A stretch of 64,000 nucleotides of DNA. Source: Octopus bimaculoides (lineage: Eukaryota). The stretch's first letter is position 1; every line of letters begins with the position of its first letter. A program made the position numbers and the translations under genes. Below the pieces are notes generated by a model. It did not search any database and had not been told where the DNA came from. It saw only the letters and a list, made by a program, of their open reading frames with translations. The DNA lies in contig NC_069003.1 of NCBI RefSeq assembly GCF_001194135.2, forward strand, positions 20,121,313-20,185,312, written 5' to 3'. This document shows, piece by piece, positions 36,018 through 48,620 of this stretch.

Positions 36018-37119
36018 CTGCAGAAAAGTAAATTTAAAAACCAAATTTAAGACAGAAGAGAATACATTTTAACAGTCAATCTATTGTGTAAATGGTAACA
36101 TACTCACCTGTCAGGAAGGAAACATGTGTGTTCCAAGAACCCTCAATGGCTGTTTTTTTCATATTAGTGTTGGTCTCTTGAAGGTCATTCACAGGGTCCC
36201 AAAAGATCCAAAGCAGATGAGACCCTTCAGCTCTTTAGTTGTTCATCTGAGAGAAGGTAACTCCTGCAATTTGATAACCTACTGGGCTCATGATACTTGC
36301 TATACCAGAACAAAATAAGTTTGAAGCATGAAAGAGTAGCACTGGCTCTGCACAAACCATGCCCATTATAATAATAAGCCCCTGCAGCCTTGTGAGCATT
36401 TTACATCAGCTAAAGGATTAAACCTCCACAGAAAATCCAAATTGGGTCATCCCAAAGGCAGATGTGTACCGTTGTACTTAACCAGTATCAGGCATTCCCT
36501 GTTACCCTATGTATGCTACAAACATATTAATTTGTTTTTCCTTTGTAATATATTTACGAGTGAAGAGGTGGTAAGTATACTTAGGGTTAGACATTTGCTT
36601 CTGGGAACAGGCCAGGTATGGTACATGGGGATGTTTAATGAGTACACTGGGGATATTTAACATGTGAGAACGATAAATCACTGCTCCGAAATTTATCCCA
36701 AAACATCGGAAATAAAGACATCGCATGGAGCCAAAAATAGCTGACAAAGGGTTGGACTATATCCGAGTAAGTAATACTCATTGAAATTTATTTCTATTTT
36801 TCCAAATAAAATGATGTATTTTAACTGGATATCATCTCCACTGCTCGCACAGCACATGTAAACACGCTTAGTACATCAACACCAGACCATCTCCGGCCCC
36901 AAACACCATGTACAAAAAAATTACAAATAGATTAAATAATGCCAGTATTATTCCACCCAAGAATAACAACTGGGAAGTGCGTACTTTAAACTTGTTACGC
37001 AAAAAGTACGAAGAGCTGCACATGCAAAACAATCTGACAACAGAAATGAACGGACTGGTACCCTACGAAAATGATGACTGTCAAAATAAAGGGCTGGACG
37101 TTGTTCTTTATGTCCTGCA

Positions 37120-37260
37120 AATAAAACCAAAACGGCATAAATGGACACATGAGGAACACATTTCGATCCTACACGCTTACTTTACAGCAGTGCTCTACCT
37201 AAAGAACGAAAACTCAACAACACATACATATAAAATATGGAAGAAAAATAACCTAAATAA
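37120..37260 (+). mobile_element. R4/Dong-type retrotransposon N-terminal fragment
   Basis: KPKRHKWTHEEHISILHAYF...TYKIWKKNN resembles the recalled N-terminal R.KWT.EE...CYY...IW motif of these elements. Confidence 0.5.
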
Positions 37261-37289
37261 CATATTTATTCTATGTACTTCTCAAGATT

Positions 37290-37620
37290 TTTACTCACTG
37301 TTCCCAGGGTTCTGACAATTATTGGTACTACTACCTTTTTCAGCGACCACAACTGCTTAACCTCCCAAGCTAACCTGCTATATCTATCGACTTTTCTTTC
37401 TTTCTTATCACATACCTTGTTGTCAGCTGGGCATGCTATACCTATGATCCAGCATCATTTGCTTTCTTTCTCAATTAAGACTATGTCTGGTTTCCTTTTC
37501 TCTATCTCATGGTCGCACTGAATCATAAAATCCCATAGGATCTTTGCATTATCATTTTCAATGATGCCTTCAGGTTTATGTTCATACCACTTTTTTGCTC
37601 TGTCAAGTCCATACATACAA
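37290..37620 (-). mobile_element. R4/Dong-type RLE endonuclease fragment (copy a)
   Basis: WYEHKPEGIIENDNAKILWDFMIQCDHEIEKRKPDIVLI..CWIIGIACP.D..KVDRY..LAWE. Confidence 0.8.
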
Positions 37621-38050
37621 CAGATTAGACTATTGGAAAAGAAAAGAATCCTAACATCGGGCTACAACAAGTTGCCTTAGATGCCAAGAACCCTCCTAAG
37701 TATCCAAACTGTCTCTAATAACACTGTTTTCTGCAGCTGTACTAAACTGGGTGGTATGCCTGTTTCCTCTATCCATCAGTTCAAATCTTTAGGGATAGTT
37801 CCTAATTCACCTATAACTACTGGAATACATTTTACCTGCACTTTCCATAGTCTCTGTAATTCAATGGCTAGGTCCTGGTACTTTGCTATTTTTTCTATAC
37901 CTTTTGTATTGATTTTTTCATCATTTGGGACTGTAAATTATCTGGCACTTTCTGTTCTCTTTATCTACTACTACTAAATCAGCTTCTATCACTCTATCAG
38001 TTTGAATGTTAAGGTCCCACAATATCTTATATTTCTTACTTTCTAGTACT
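37621..38050 (-). mobile_element. R4/Dong-type RLE endonuclease fragment with 3' end (copy b)
   Basis: KILWDLNIQTDRVIEA..KIAKYQDLAIELQRLW..IPVVIGELGTIP..LQKTVLLETVWILRRVL; 3' UTR matches 40230-40300. Confidence 0.8.
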
Positions 38051-38139
38051 TTACTAGGTTACTATTATTATTGTTATTATTATTATAGACGCCGCACATT
38101 ATACATATCGTGAGGTTGTTTGATTGCAGATATTGTGTC

Positions 38140-38945
38140 TACTGGAGGTTTGTACTGTTTGTCATGTCACAACAAGGATCTCAGATAGACAGTATTCTAC
38201 ACAATATGCGTGCAGATCCAAGTAATGCCAACTTTTACAATACACCTAGATTGTAGAGTATTTCTAAAGTTTTCAGATGTTTTTTTCAGATTGGGTGGTA
38301 TTGAACCCAATGCTTTGATGACAATAAGGATAACCTTTATGTTTGACTCTTGTAGCTGCCACATCTTAGTGATCTCAATTCTCAGGTCTCCATATTTATC
38401 AACCTTTTCTCTTTCTTTCATGATGATATGTTGATCTCCTGGCACTGTCATGTCAATTATTAGGCACTCTTGTTTGTCCCTCCTAAAGGTTACTATATCT
38501 GGCCTTTGGTGCTCTAATATCTTGTCTGTCTGGAAGTCAAAGTCCCAGAGGATTTTTGCCTTCCCCTTTTCGTCCATTACCTTTTCTGGTGCATGTTGGT
38601 ACCAAGCACTCGTTACCTCATATCTATATCTATGGCACAGTAGCCAGTGGAGGTTTTGGGCTACCTTGTCATGTCTGTGCAAGACTTTCACAAGAACTAA
38701 CAATGTGAGTCACACTTTTGACCCTCTTCCCACACATTCTGCAGAGGTCTTTTGCACTTATGTGGTATATATTATTTTTCACTGAGTTGGTATTCAATGC
38801 CTGGTCCTGGGCAGCGATGATTAGGCTTTCAGCATTCTTTCTTAGGTCACCTTTATTAAGCCACCTCCATGATGCTTCCTGGTCTTTTAATTTGTTGGTT
38901 TCACAGTGGAACTTTCCATGTAATTCCATGCAGAGTAGGGTCTCT
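38140..38945 (-). mobile_element. R4/Dong-type CCHC plus RLE endonuclease fragment (copy c)
   Basis: LHGKF..SWRWLNKGDL..ESLIIAAQDQAL..CRMCG..VTHIVSSC..HRHDKVA..ILWDFDFQTD..RPDIV..IIDMTVP..EKVDKY. Confidence 0.88.
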
Positions 38946-38975
38946 TCTCTCTTGCTGGCTGTTCTTGATCAGGAT

Positions 38976-39023
<48 letters not shown>

Positions 39024-39075
39024 GCTGTTGCTGTTGTTGTTGTTGTTCTTGTTGTTGTTTTTGTTATTATTATTA

Positions 39076-39360
39076 TTCAGTAGTTTTATTTTTATAGCAT
39101 GCTTTCACTTCACTACCGAGCGCAGCTCTGTGTGCCTTGGGTATGTGCTGTGGTTTGCTGTGGTGCTCTTATGGTTACTGTATTGAAAGTGTTTTGCATA
39201 GGATGTGTGCAGTGCCCAGTAGTGCAATTTTCTGTATGTTATATATATTTGTAAGTCCTGGTGTTTTTGTTATGTATTTGTCTGAATATTTTTTAATCAT
39301 ACCTAATGTGCCCACGATGATAGGAATTGTTTCTGTTTTTAGATTCCACATTTGAATTAC
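39076..39360 (-). mobile_element. R4/Dong-type 3' end (copy d)
   Basis: MWNLKTETIPIIVGTLGMI..IQKIALLGTAHIL, ending in (TAA)n and (CAA)n runs. Confidence 0.75.
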
Positions 39361-39932
39361 CTCTATTTNNNNNNNNNNNNNNNNNNNNNNNNNNNNNNNN
39401 NNNNNNNNNNNNNNNNNNNNNNNNNNNNNNNNNNNNNNNNNNNNNNNNNNNNNNNNNNNNNNNNNNNNNNNNNNNNNNNNNNNNNNNNNNNNNNNNNNNN
39501 NNNNNNNNNNNNNNNNNNNNNNNNNNNNNNNNNNNNNNNNNNNNNNNNNNNNNNNNNNNNNNNNNNNNNNNNNNNNNNNNNNNNNNNNNNNNNNNNNNNN
39601 NNNNNNNNNNNNNNNNNNNNNNNNNNNNNNNNNNNNNNNNNNNNNNNNNNNNNNNNNNNNNNNNNNNNNNNNNNNNNNNNNNNNNNNNNNNNNNNNNNNN
39701 NNNNNNNNNNNNNNNNNNNNNNNNNNNNNNNNNNNNNNNNNNNNNNNNNNNNNNNNNNNNNNNNNNNNNNNNNNNNNNNNNNNNNNNNNNNNNNNNNNNN
39801 NNNNNNNNNNNNNNNNNNNGCTGGAGAGAGTGAGCTAATGTGCAGCATGAATATTTGATCACTATAAACAAATCATCTGTGCTGGTTGTTAGGCAAAAGC
39901 TGAATACTCATACATTGCCTTCAATGGGAGAG

Positions 39933-39994
<62 letters not shown>

Positions 39995-41384
39995 TATTAT
40001 TAATTCAAAGTTGGTAAGCTGGCAAAATCGTTAGCCTGCTGGGCAAAAAGCTTAGCGGTATTTCATCTGTCGCTATGTTCTGAGTTCAAATTCTGCCTTT
40101 CATCCTTTCAGGGTCAATAAATTAGTACCAGTGAAACACTGGGGTTGATGTAATTGACTAGTCCCCTCCAACAAAATTTCAAGCCTTGTGCCTTTAGTAG
40201 AAAGGATCATTATTATTTCATCTATGCGCAACAGATTAAACTGTTGGAAAAAATTCATAACATTGGGCTGTAACAAGTAACCTCAAATGCCAAGAACCTT
40301 CCTAAGTATCCTAGCTGTCCCTTATAATACTGTTTTCTGGAGCTACACTAAACTAGGTTGTTGTTGTTGTTGTTTACATTGTTGTTACTTTGTCTTAAAT
40401 GAGCTGCTCCAAGTCTCATCCAGGGACCTCATGTCTGACATTTTAATTATGATTAGCAATGAAATATTGTAGAGGAAGGAGATCAAACACTGAGAAGTAA
40501 GATACTGTTAAATTTATATTTATATTTCAATTTTGAAATAGTTTAAAGAGAATCAGGTATTTTCAGGTTGACAGTGTTTCTCTTAGAATGTGGGCATTAC
40601 CTATGAGAACAAATTTTTATTGTTATTTTAGTGTGTCCTGGTACTTGGTGTTTAAACATGTCATTTGGTATTATCCCCAAAAGAATCTGATGATCACAAG
40701 TACAGTTGTCATTTTTAAGTGCCACATTTTTGAAACCTCTATTTGAAGGTCCTTATATTTACTTAACTTTTCAAATGTTTTTCCAGAAGTGTTGCAGTCT
40801 GCTGGAGTTGACGTATCTATGAGCAAATATGTTTGTTCCATAAATGGTCTATTTAGGTTTATTGGCCTGAATAACTCAATCAGTTTGAATAGTAATGTAG
40901 TATTTTTATTTTCTACTACTTAGGCAGGCTTATGTTCCCACCAGTTCTTCCCATACAGGAGTCTAAACTTGTACCATTGATTCAGTGCAAATGGGAATTA
41001 ATATATCTATTCGAGACTAACATAGAGCATTCAGAAATGAGGTGGCTGCATAACAAAAGTGGCTGGTTGGATCAGCACTATTTTCAAGAATGTTGGCTCG
41101 GTAGTTTCAGGTGAGCAGAAACTGATCCTGAGCTATTATAATGAAGCCCTCTATTTCTGATTTAACCCATGAGCGTTTAAATCAGCCAAATCTAGTCCAA
41201 ATATTCTATTTGTTTAATTTGAAGCTGGGCAGATCTAACTTCTTACACCTACTCAACAATGTTAATCTAAACATAAACAATCATATCCTCAAAATCTTGA
41301 AGCTACAAGATAATACATGATTAATTTTAAAAAATATGAATAAATAAACATTACATTTGACAAAGTAATCAGAAATGTGAAAGA

Positions 41385-41690
41385 GTTAAGTCCAGATGCA
41401 GCCAACCACTGATGGGTCATACTTGTACCAACATCAGGATCAGTGGCCCTTGTGGAGCATTTATTATGTAATGCCTTACTTTTCCATCCATTGTGCAATT
41501 CTGAGATTCCATTTGATTTGGCTTGTACTTTTATTTGTTTTGACAGAACAACAGATTGTAGTTTATCTTTTATTCCTATATTTCAAGGATGATACACCTT
41601 CAACAGGAGAAAATGGAGAATGGATATTGAGTTTGCATCTTTTGTTGAAAAGTAAAGGAAGAAGGTGGGTTTCATGACATGCACAGAATG
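41385..41690 (-). mobile_element. R4/Dong-type fragment
   Basis: WKSKALHNKCSTRATDPDV..THQWLAASGL resembles the W..K.LHG....R....V....THQWL..SGL segment. Confidence 0.55.
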
Positions 41691-42702
41691 GTACTATTAT
41701 GATAATCAATCTGCTTTGTATAAAACTTATCTCTTGTTGATAATCGCTGGCTTCAGTTTATTAATGACATGGGCTTTTTTGATCCTCAAACTGCCGATGT
41801 TAGGCTTTGTTTTTATACATTACATAAGCCCTTGAATATATGTCAATATTATTGATAGAACATTTGGCTAGTGTGCACGCCATGTTGCACTCTGCAGGTC
41901 GAATTTACAGTTAGGAATTTCCTCAAGGAAGAACTGGAGTGCATCATCTGAATGTTTAATTCCTCTCTATCTCTACGAATTGCTCATTGGATTGCAGGAG
42001 TGATTTTATCATTGAAATATGGCAGTCTCAAGAAGCATATGCCTTCTTTGGATATGTGGAAATTATACAGGTCTCCTGGTGTTTGGTGGAAGATGGCAGT
42101 GGGTAGCCATTATTTGCTAGAATGCATAGGAATTATATGGTGCTGAAGTTTTATCTGTTGCCATACTGCACTTTTGCAAATCTGGAAAATTTGGTTTTGT
42201 ATGTAAGTACATTATCATCATTGAACTGTACACCCCTTTGTCCATCAAAAGCCTGCCATATGATTGCATCAAGGATAACATTGAACAGGAGAGTGGAGGA
42301 GACCACCAGCTAACTCCTCAGAGAGGTTATCTCTGATCTGGACCTGGCTAGTTGAACCGACATAAGTCAAATGTAGGAACAAAATGATCTTCTGTGGCAC
42401 TTGCTCAATTTCCAACGATCTTCATGAGGTGGTCCAGTCAATGTAGTCGAAGGTGGACTTGATGATGATGAATACAACCCATGCACTGGAGAATCCAGTG
42501 CAGCACACCAAAGAAGACATGGGTAAAATAAATTGAGGAAAACCTGCAGTCACAGTGTCTTGATCTCAAGCATGCTAAGGCCAGCACCATGGACTGGAAA
42601 ACATGGATAACATCATCACCAGAGTCCATCATCCAGCAGTACCTACAGCAGTGGATTGGTTGAGAGGACAGCCTTCCTTTTCTAGTTGCCAGCTAGGGAT
42701 TT

Positions 42703-42704
<2 letters not shown>

Positions 42705-42787
<83 letters not shown>

Positions 42788-42854
42788 GCTGCTGCTGCTG
42801 CGGCTGCTGCCACTGTTGCTGCTGCTACTACTACTACTACTACTACTACTAGTG

Positions 42855-42900
<46 letters not shown>
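42705..42900. repeat. Compound trinucleotide microsatellite (CTA)n(CTG)n(CTA)n(CAT)n in the GCNT intron
   Basis: Read directly from the sequence. Confidence 0.95.
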
Positions 42901-42903
<3 letters not shown>

Positions 42904-43347
42904 TATTTTTCGGCAGAGTATGTCCAAATGCCCTAACTGTGACTAACCCATCCACCTATTTCCAAGTGAAGTAATAATCTCTGAGTCTACTGAATGACAA
43001 ACAGCCTGGACATTGTTTATATGGAGAACTGGAAATAAATGACACTGTGTGAATGAACACATTATTTACAAAGATTGCATAACATGTCAAAACATGTCAA
43101 AAGTCTGAATGTGTTCTTGCAGTGGACCGCAAACAAACGACACTATTAATGAAATCATTCTTCAAATTAATTATATATTGTATGTGTTGTATGTATTAAA
43201 ATGTCACAAATGTGAAGAAAAAGAAATAAGAAATGATCAAATTATTGAATGTGAAATTTAGATATTTTCAAATAATAAATTTTAAACAGTAGGAAAGCAA
43301 ATAAGTTTGATTGAAAGTAAATTAAGAAAAAGCAATTTGATTCATAC

Positions 43348-44078
43348 CTGAAGTCAAGGTCGACAATATTTTCGCCATTAAGTCCTCGAAGAAACCTGAT
43401 TATCTGAAGATTAGTTTTTAAAGGGAAGTCCATTCCACAGAGATTAATGTAATAACGCCATGATGAAAAGCGCAACAAATCTCTCATCACTACCAGATCT
43501 GCTTCAACAAGACTAAAATCACCCCACTTTATATTAAATCTTTTACTGCTTAGAAACACATTTGGGAAGCATTCAGTAATTGATTTGACAACATGGTAGT
43601 CATGAATGGCAGCTTTTTGGTCCAGATGGATGACATATATGTTCTGTGGACGGTATATTGCTCTTAGAAGTTGTTCCATTTGTGTGACTTGATTATAAAA
43701 GAATATTCCATAGGCAATTGGGAACGATTCCTCTTCTATTGTCATACTGTTCATGAAGTATCCTCTTTCAGTTATAAACCTTGAGCAGTTTGCTGACAGC
43801 TTCAACAAGTCTTGTGCAGGATGTGGATATTTCTTTGCTTCCTTCTCTAATTCAGGTGATGTTCGAAAATCGTTATCATAAATCTTGGCACAGTTAAAAG
43901 AATCAACTTTGCGATTTGATAGTGTCATGAAAGTTTTCCTTACAAATTCTGATTTTAACATTGGTATTGACTTTCTTTTCCTGCTAGTAAACATTATTAC
44001 TATCATAATAAGGATGAATAAAATTACAAGTGTTGAATTAAATTTTCTTATTGAAGACACTTTTCTCCGAAAGTTCAT
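43348..44078 (-). CDS. Core-2/I-branching beta-1,6-N-acetylglucosaminyltransferase (GT14, GCNT family), first coding exon
   Basis: Type II membrane anchor LVILFILIMIVIMF, then FPIAYGIFFY..LLRAIYRPQNIYVIHLD, CFPNVF, WGDFSLVEADL and WRYYINLCGMDFPLKTN. Donor AG|gtatg at 43348/43347 (phase 2). Orthology to a specific GCNT cannot be assigned by eye. Confidence 0.92.
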
Positions 44079-44211
44079 CTTTTTTACAGTTTGCTCACTG
44101 ATATCTTTTTAAGGAATTATTCCAATTTTCATCTATACTTCTTGTATTATATTTTTTCTTCTCTATTTTTTGAAGAAGAATCTGGTGAATCAGACAAAAA
44201 TGTACAGTAGA

Positions 44212-44335
44212 ATACTCTTTGTGTTCACTGGACCTCACACTGTTAGACTTATTATTATGGGAATACTTAAAAGAGAGGATTTACAGTACAAATCCAGCAA
44301 CAGCCAATGAACTGAGGACAGCCTTTGAACGATTA
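44212..44335 (+). mobile_element. Tc1/mariner-superfamily transposase C-terminal fragment
   Basis: SLDLTLLDLLLWEYLKERIYSTNPATANELRTA resembles SPDLTPLDFFLWGYLK.RVY..NP....EL. Confidence 0.6.
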
Positions 44336-45240
44336 AATATAAATTTGTCATAACTATGAGAAATTAACATTTCTTATTCTTACAGCAGACAGCATGTATA
44401 CTACCAAAAGCAAACTAGGCAAAAATAAAATATCCCACTGTTTCTGTTATGCGTATTAGGAAAGAGCTTTTAAAAATATGTTAAAGATTATCATTTCCTT
44501 TTCTCTTTCTTCGCTTCTTTATTTATTCTTTTCCTTTACATTTATTTTATTTTATTTTATTTTATTTTTGTATTTTGACATAAGGAATTGATAAAAAATA
44601 GATAAATATTTTTTATGAAAGTAAGCAGAAGTTCTCATCCTTTCTTCATGCTTTTAGTCATCTGTGATTGGTGTTTTGTACTGGAAAAATAATCAATAAG
44701 ATTTTTTGGTACGATTTACAGCCATCTGCCAATCATTGAGAATCACTTCAGAACTGACTATTGTATTTGTTTTGTTCAATTTGTCATGTTTATAATGGGA
44801 TTATATATACACATAAAGTATATCATGTCGGTAGATAAGATAAAACTCCAACTGTTTCCTCTTAAAGTTCATCTGCTTATTCCAGTCTTACAATCCAGTA
44901 TGTATAAGTAGTGTGTTGCTATATTGATGTGAGTTATATATCAGAGTTGAAAATTCTGGAAATATAGTTTGCAGAGTTATTGTACAACAAAACAGGAGGT
45001 TGCAAAATTTTTTGGTATTATTTATTCACCATTACACATGTTGCATTTTCTAACAGGAATTAGAGCTTTACATGTTAGATGGACATGTAAGGAATTTCCT
45101 ATAGGAAATTCTTCAGTCAGAGAATTAAAACGATACAAATTTTACATCTGGATGAAACGTTTGTAATCAGGAGTGGTATAAGTAGTTGGGGTGAAAGAAG
45201 AAAGAGCAAATCAAACATTACAGAACCTACATGTGTATGA

Positions 45241-45279
<39 letters not shown>

Positions 45280-45654
45280 ATTTACCAGACACAGTACATG
45301 TCTTTAAGTGCTATGGATAGTTTCATGTGTTGAGAAATATCTCAAACATATTCATCAGGCACAAACCATGTGTCATAACGAACTAAAAAATTGAATAAGG
45401 GAAGAAATGCGAAAAAACAAAGAATGTAGCATATAGAAAACGTGAAAACAATGGAAAACGAAAAACAGAAAACAAAAACACAAAAACTAAAATGTAAAAA
45501 GTAAAAAGTAAAACGATAAAAGAGTTATCCTCCTTAGACTTTAAATTATAAGGCTGGAAAAGATATTAACAAGTTAATCAGGAATAGGCAGAATCTTCCA
45601 GTTCTTCAAGATATATTTATTCTTATACTTGCAACTGCTGAAAATACATAATAC

Positions 45655-46900
45655 CCACCTCTGTCTGCTATAAATCTACTGACTCCCACTCCTACCTCCA
45701 CTATTCTTCCTCTCCCACCAAACACATTAAATCTGCCACACCTTTCTCTCAATTTCTTTGTCTTCAGCAACCTTGCAGCATTGATTCAGATTTCGAATCC
45801 CATTGCAAAACGATGTGATAGTTTTTTTCTAAATCAAAGGTATCCTCCATCAGTTGTCGACCCGTCACTCCAACAAACCCAAGCCATCAACTACACCACA
45901 GCTCTCCTACTACCTTCATGCACTTCCACCAACCGTATTCCACTCTCTCCCACCTACCATCCATCCATCCTCCCTCTTAAGCACAAACTCACCCACAACT
46001 TTTGTATTCTTCTTTCTGACCCAACAACTGCCCCTATCTTTTCCACACTACCTCTCCTGTCTTTTAAAAAAGATGGGAGTCTTAGAAATTTCCTTGTTAG
46101 AAGCTTCACAGCTCCTAGTTCTGCACAACCAGGAACCTTTAAATGTTCTCACTGACGATGTTACACATGTCTCCACATCAACAATATTACCACCATCACG
46201 GGGCCCAAAAAGCAATATCCCTACAACACACCACTTCTGTTGCACTTTGGCGAATCTCATATATTGCATTATATGCAAACTCTGCGGTGCTCTTTACATT
46301 GGAGAAACAGGGTGAAGCCTTGGGGATCGTTTTCACGAACACATAGGAAGCATAACGATACATATGCCAGGCCAACATGTCGCCACCCACTTCAATACTG
46401 TGAATCATTCTATTGCAGATTTATCAGTGTGTGGCATGGCCTTGCACCACAGAACCCCACCTCTCAAGGAAATGCAAGGAGCAATGTCTCATATTTGATT
46501 TTGGCATTATGTCCCCAACAGGTATGAACGAACATTTTTTTTTTCTTTCATCCTTTCACCTCCTTTTAATTCTTTTTTACCCTTTTTAATCTTCCTTCCA
46601 CCCTCTCTCTCTGCAACATCCCCGTATTTACTTATTTACTCTCTTCTCTCCATCACCCTTTTCCTTCTCCTTTCTGCATGCTCTCTCCTATAACTTCTGT
46701 TTCACGTTAGCAGCCTATGTTATTCTGCGTCCATTATCAGTTGTAGCCAGTTTTTCAAGCTGAAAGGATGTAAACTCTGACTTTTTTCTCGTTTTCTTCT
46801 CTTTTTCTCTGCCCCCAACGAAGGATTGAATATGAAATGTTGGATATTCCAATCCTCATGGGAAGTTCACTGTACCCCTTTCACTTTATATATATGTATA
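45655..46900 (+). mobile_element. Penelope-like element 3' part (RT thumb plus GIY-YIG)
   Basis: VCYKSTDSHSYLHYSS..FLNQRYPPSVV..LLSFKKDGSLRNFLVRS and NLIYCIICKLCGALYIGETG..LGDRF.EH..VATHFN; frameshifted. Confidence 0.82.
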
Positions 46901-47658
46901 TATATATATATATATATNNNNNNNNNNNNNNNNNNNNNNNNNNNNNNNNNNNNNNNNNNNNNNNNNNNNNNNNNNNNNNNNNNNNNNNNNNNNNNNNNNN
47001 NNNNNNNNNNNNNNNNNNNNNNNNNNNNNNNNNNNNNNNNNNNNNNNNNNNNNNNNNNNNNNNNNNNNNNNNNNNNNNNNNNNNNNNNNNNNNNNNNNNN
47101 NNNNNNNNNNNNNNNNNNNNNNNNNNNNNNNNNNNNNNNNNNNNNNNNNNNNNNNNNNNNNNNNNNNNNNNNNNNNNNNNNNNNNNNNNNNNNNNNNNNN
47201 NNNNNNNNNNNNNNNNNNNNNNNNNNNNNNNNNNNNNNNNNNNNNNNNNNNNNNNNNNNNNNNNNNNNNNNNNNNNNNNNNNNNNNNNNNNNNNNNNNNN
47301 NNNNNNNNNNNNNNNNNNNNNNNNNNNNNNNNNNNNNNNNNNNNNNNNNNNNNNNNNNNNNNNNNNNNNNNNNNNNNNNNNNNNNNNNNNNNNNNNNNNN
47401 NNNNNNNNNNNNNNNNNNNNNNNNNNNNNNNNNNNNNNNNNNNNNNNNNNNNNNNNNNNNNNNNNNNNNNNNNNNNNNNNNNNNNNNNNNNNNNNNNNNN
47501 NNNNNNNNNNNNNNNNNNNNNNNNNNNNNNNNNNNNNNNNNNNNNNNNNNNNNNNNNNNNNNNNNNNNNNNNNNNNNNNNNNNNNNNNNNNNNNNNNNNN
47601 NNNNNNNNNNNNNNNNNNNNNNNNNNNNNNNNNNNNNNNNNNNNNNNNNNNNNNNNNA

Positions 47659-48590
47659 GGGATCAAAGTGTACATACGCCACTATATATATATATAATAA
47701 AAAATGGGACAAGAACGCAAAAAGGTGATACAAGAAAGGGACAACAAAACATCCAGATAGACAATACAAGGAAAACAAGGACGGGTCATTCGGAGTTTTC
47801 TTTCCTCAGTCGAGTTCCAGATTATCTTTGCAATTTCGGCTGGTTATACTCGAGATTGCTCCAATCTGGCCAGCCCCAAGGAAAAACAAAGCTAAGAGCA
47901 TCAGATTCCTTGGAAGCAAGCAGTAAATGTATACAAAAACAAGGACGGAAAAAAACAATGTTACACAAATGCAATAAAAATAATTACAGGACATAACAAG
48001 AGGTGTCTTTCGGCTAAGAACGAATTAAATTAAGCTGGCATGTGTGGAAATAAAGCCTTACAGCAGGGATACAAGATTTCATAGGCACAGGGAGGAATAT
48101 CGATGTTGCGCGCACAGCGACCAGCCAAGAAAGAAAGATCAGGCTTGGCTGAACGCCGGTCACGTAGGAAGAGAAGAGAGAGCAGTAGAGGCAGCGGGAC
48201 AAAAGAATTAATGAGGGGCGAGAAAAAATGACAGGGACACAGTGAAGTGAAAAGTGGAGGGAAAGTCAGCAAGAAGAGAAGGCAAGGAAATGTGAGAGAG
48301 GGGGAACGAAAGAACGAAGAGTGGACTGAACGAATAAGAGTGAAAGGGCTGATAGACAGAAATAGAGTTGTACATGATTTAGAAAAATGTATACTTACAT
48401 ATAAGAGATCAAAGTGTACATACGCNNNNNNNNNNCCAGACAGTTAGGTGATACAAGAAAGGGACAACAAAACATCCAGATGGACGATACAAAGAAAACA
48501 AGGACAGGTCATTCGGAGTTTTCTTTCATCAGTCGAGTTCCAGATTATCTTTGCAATTTCTGTTGGTTATACACGAGATTGCTCCAATAT
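47659..48590. repeat. Retroelement terminal sequence present as a direct repeat about 750 bp apart
   Basis: 47661-47864 and 48409-48587 share gatcaaagtgtacatacgc and ggtgatacaagaaagggacaac...gagattgctccaat. Confidence 0.75.
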
Positions 48591-48620
48591 ATAATACATA
48601 CAGAAACACATATGTATATA

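Noticed and set aside
36108-36300. Minus-strand GTGAGT donor 90 nt upstream of GCNT exon 2, suggesting an extra exon
   Set aside because: The required frame hits a TGA 12 codons upstream, and the only nearby AG gives a 34-nt exon that breaks frame; exons 1 and 2 already join in phase.
36735-36775. Hammerhead-like string ctgacaaagggttggactatatccgag
   Set aside because: Both core boxes deviate (CUGACAA, GAG-U) and no stem I/III could be drawn.
42603-42974. Poly-L/H, poly-T/A/S and poly-D/V/A ORFs
   Set aside because: Product of a compound trinucleotide microsatellite that is open in several frames on both strands.
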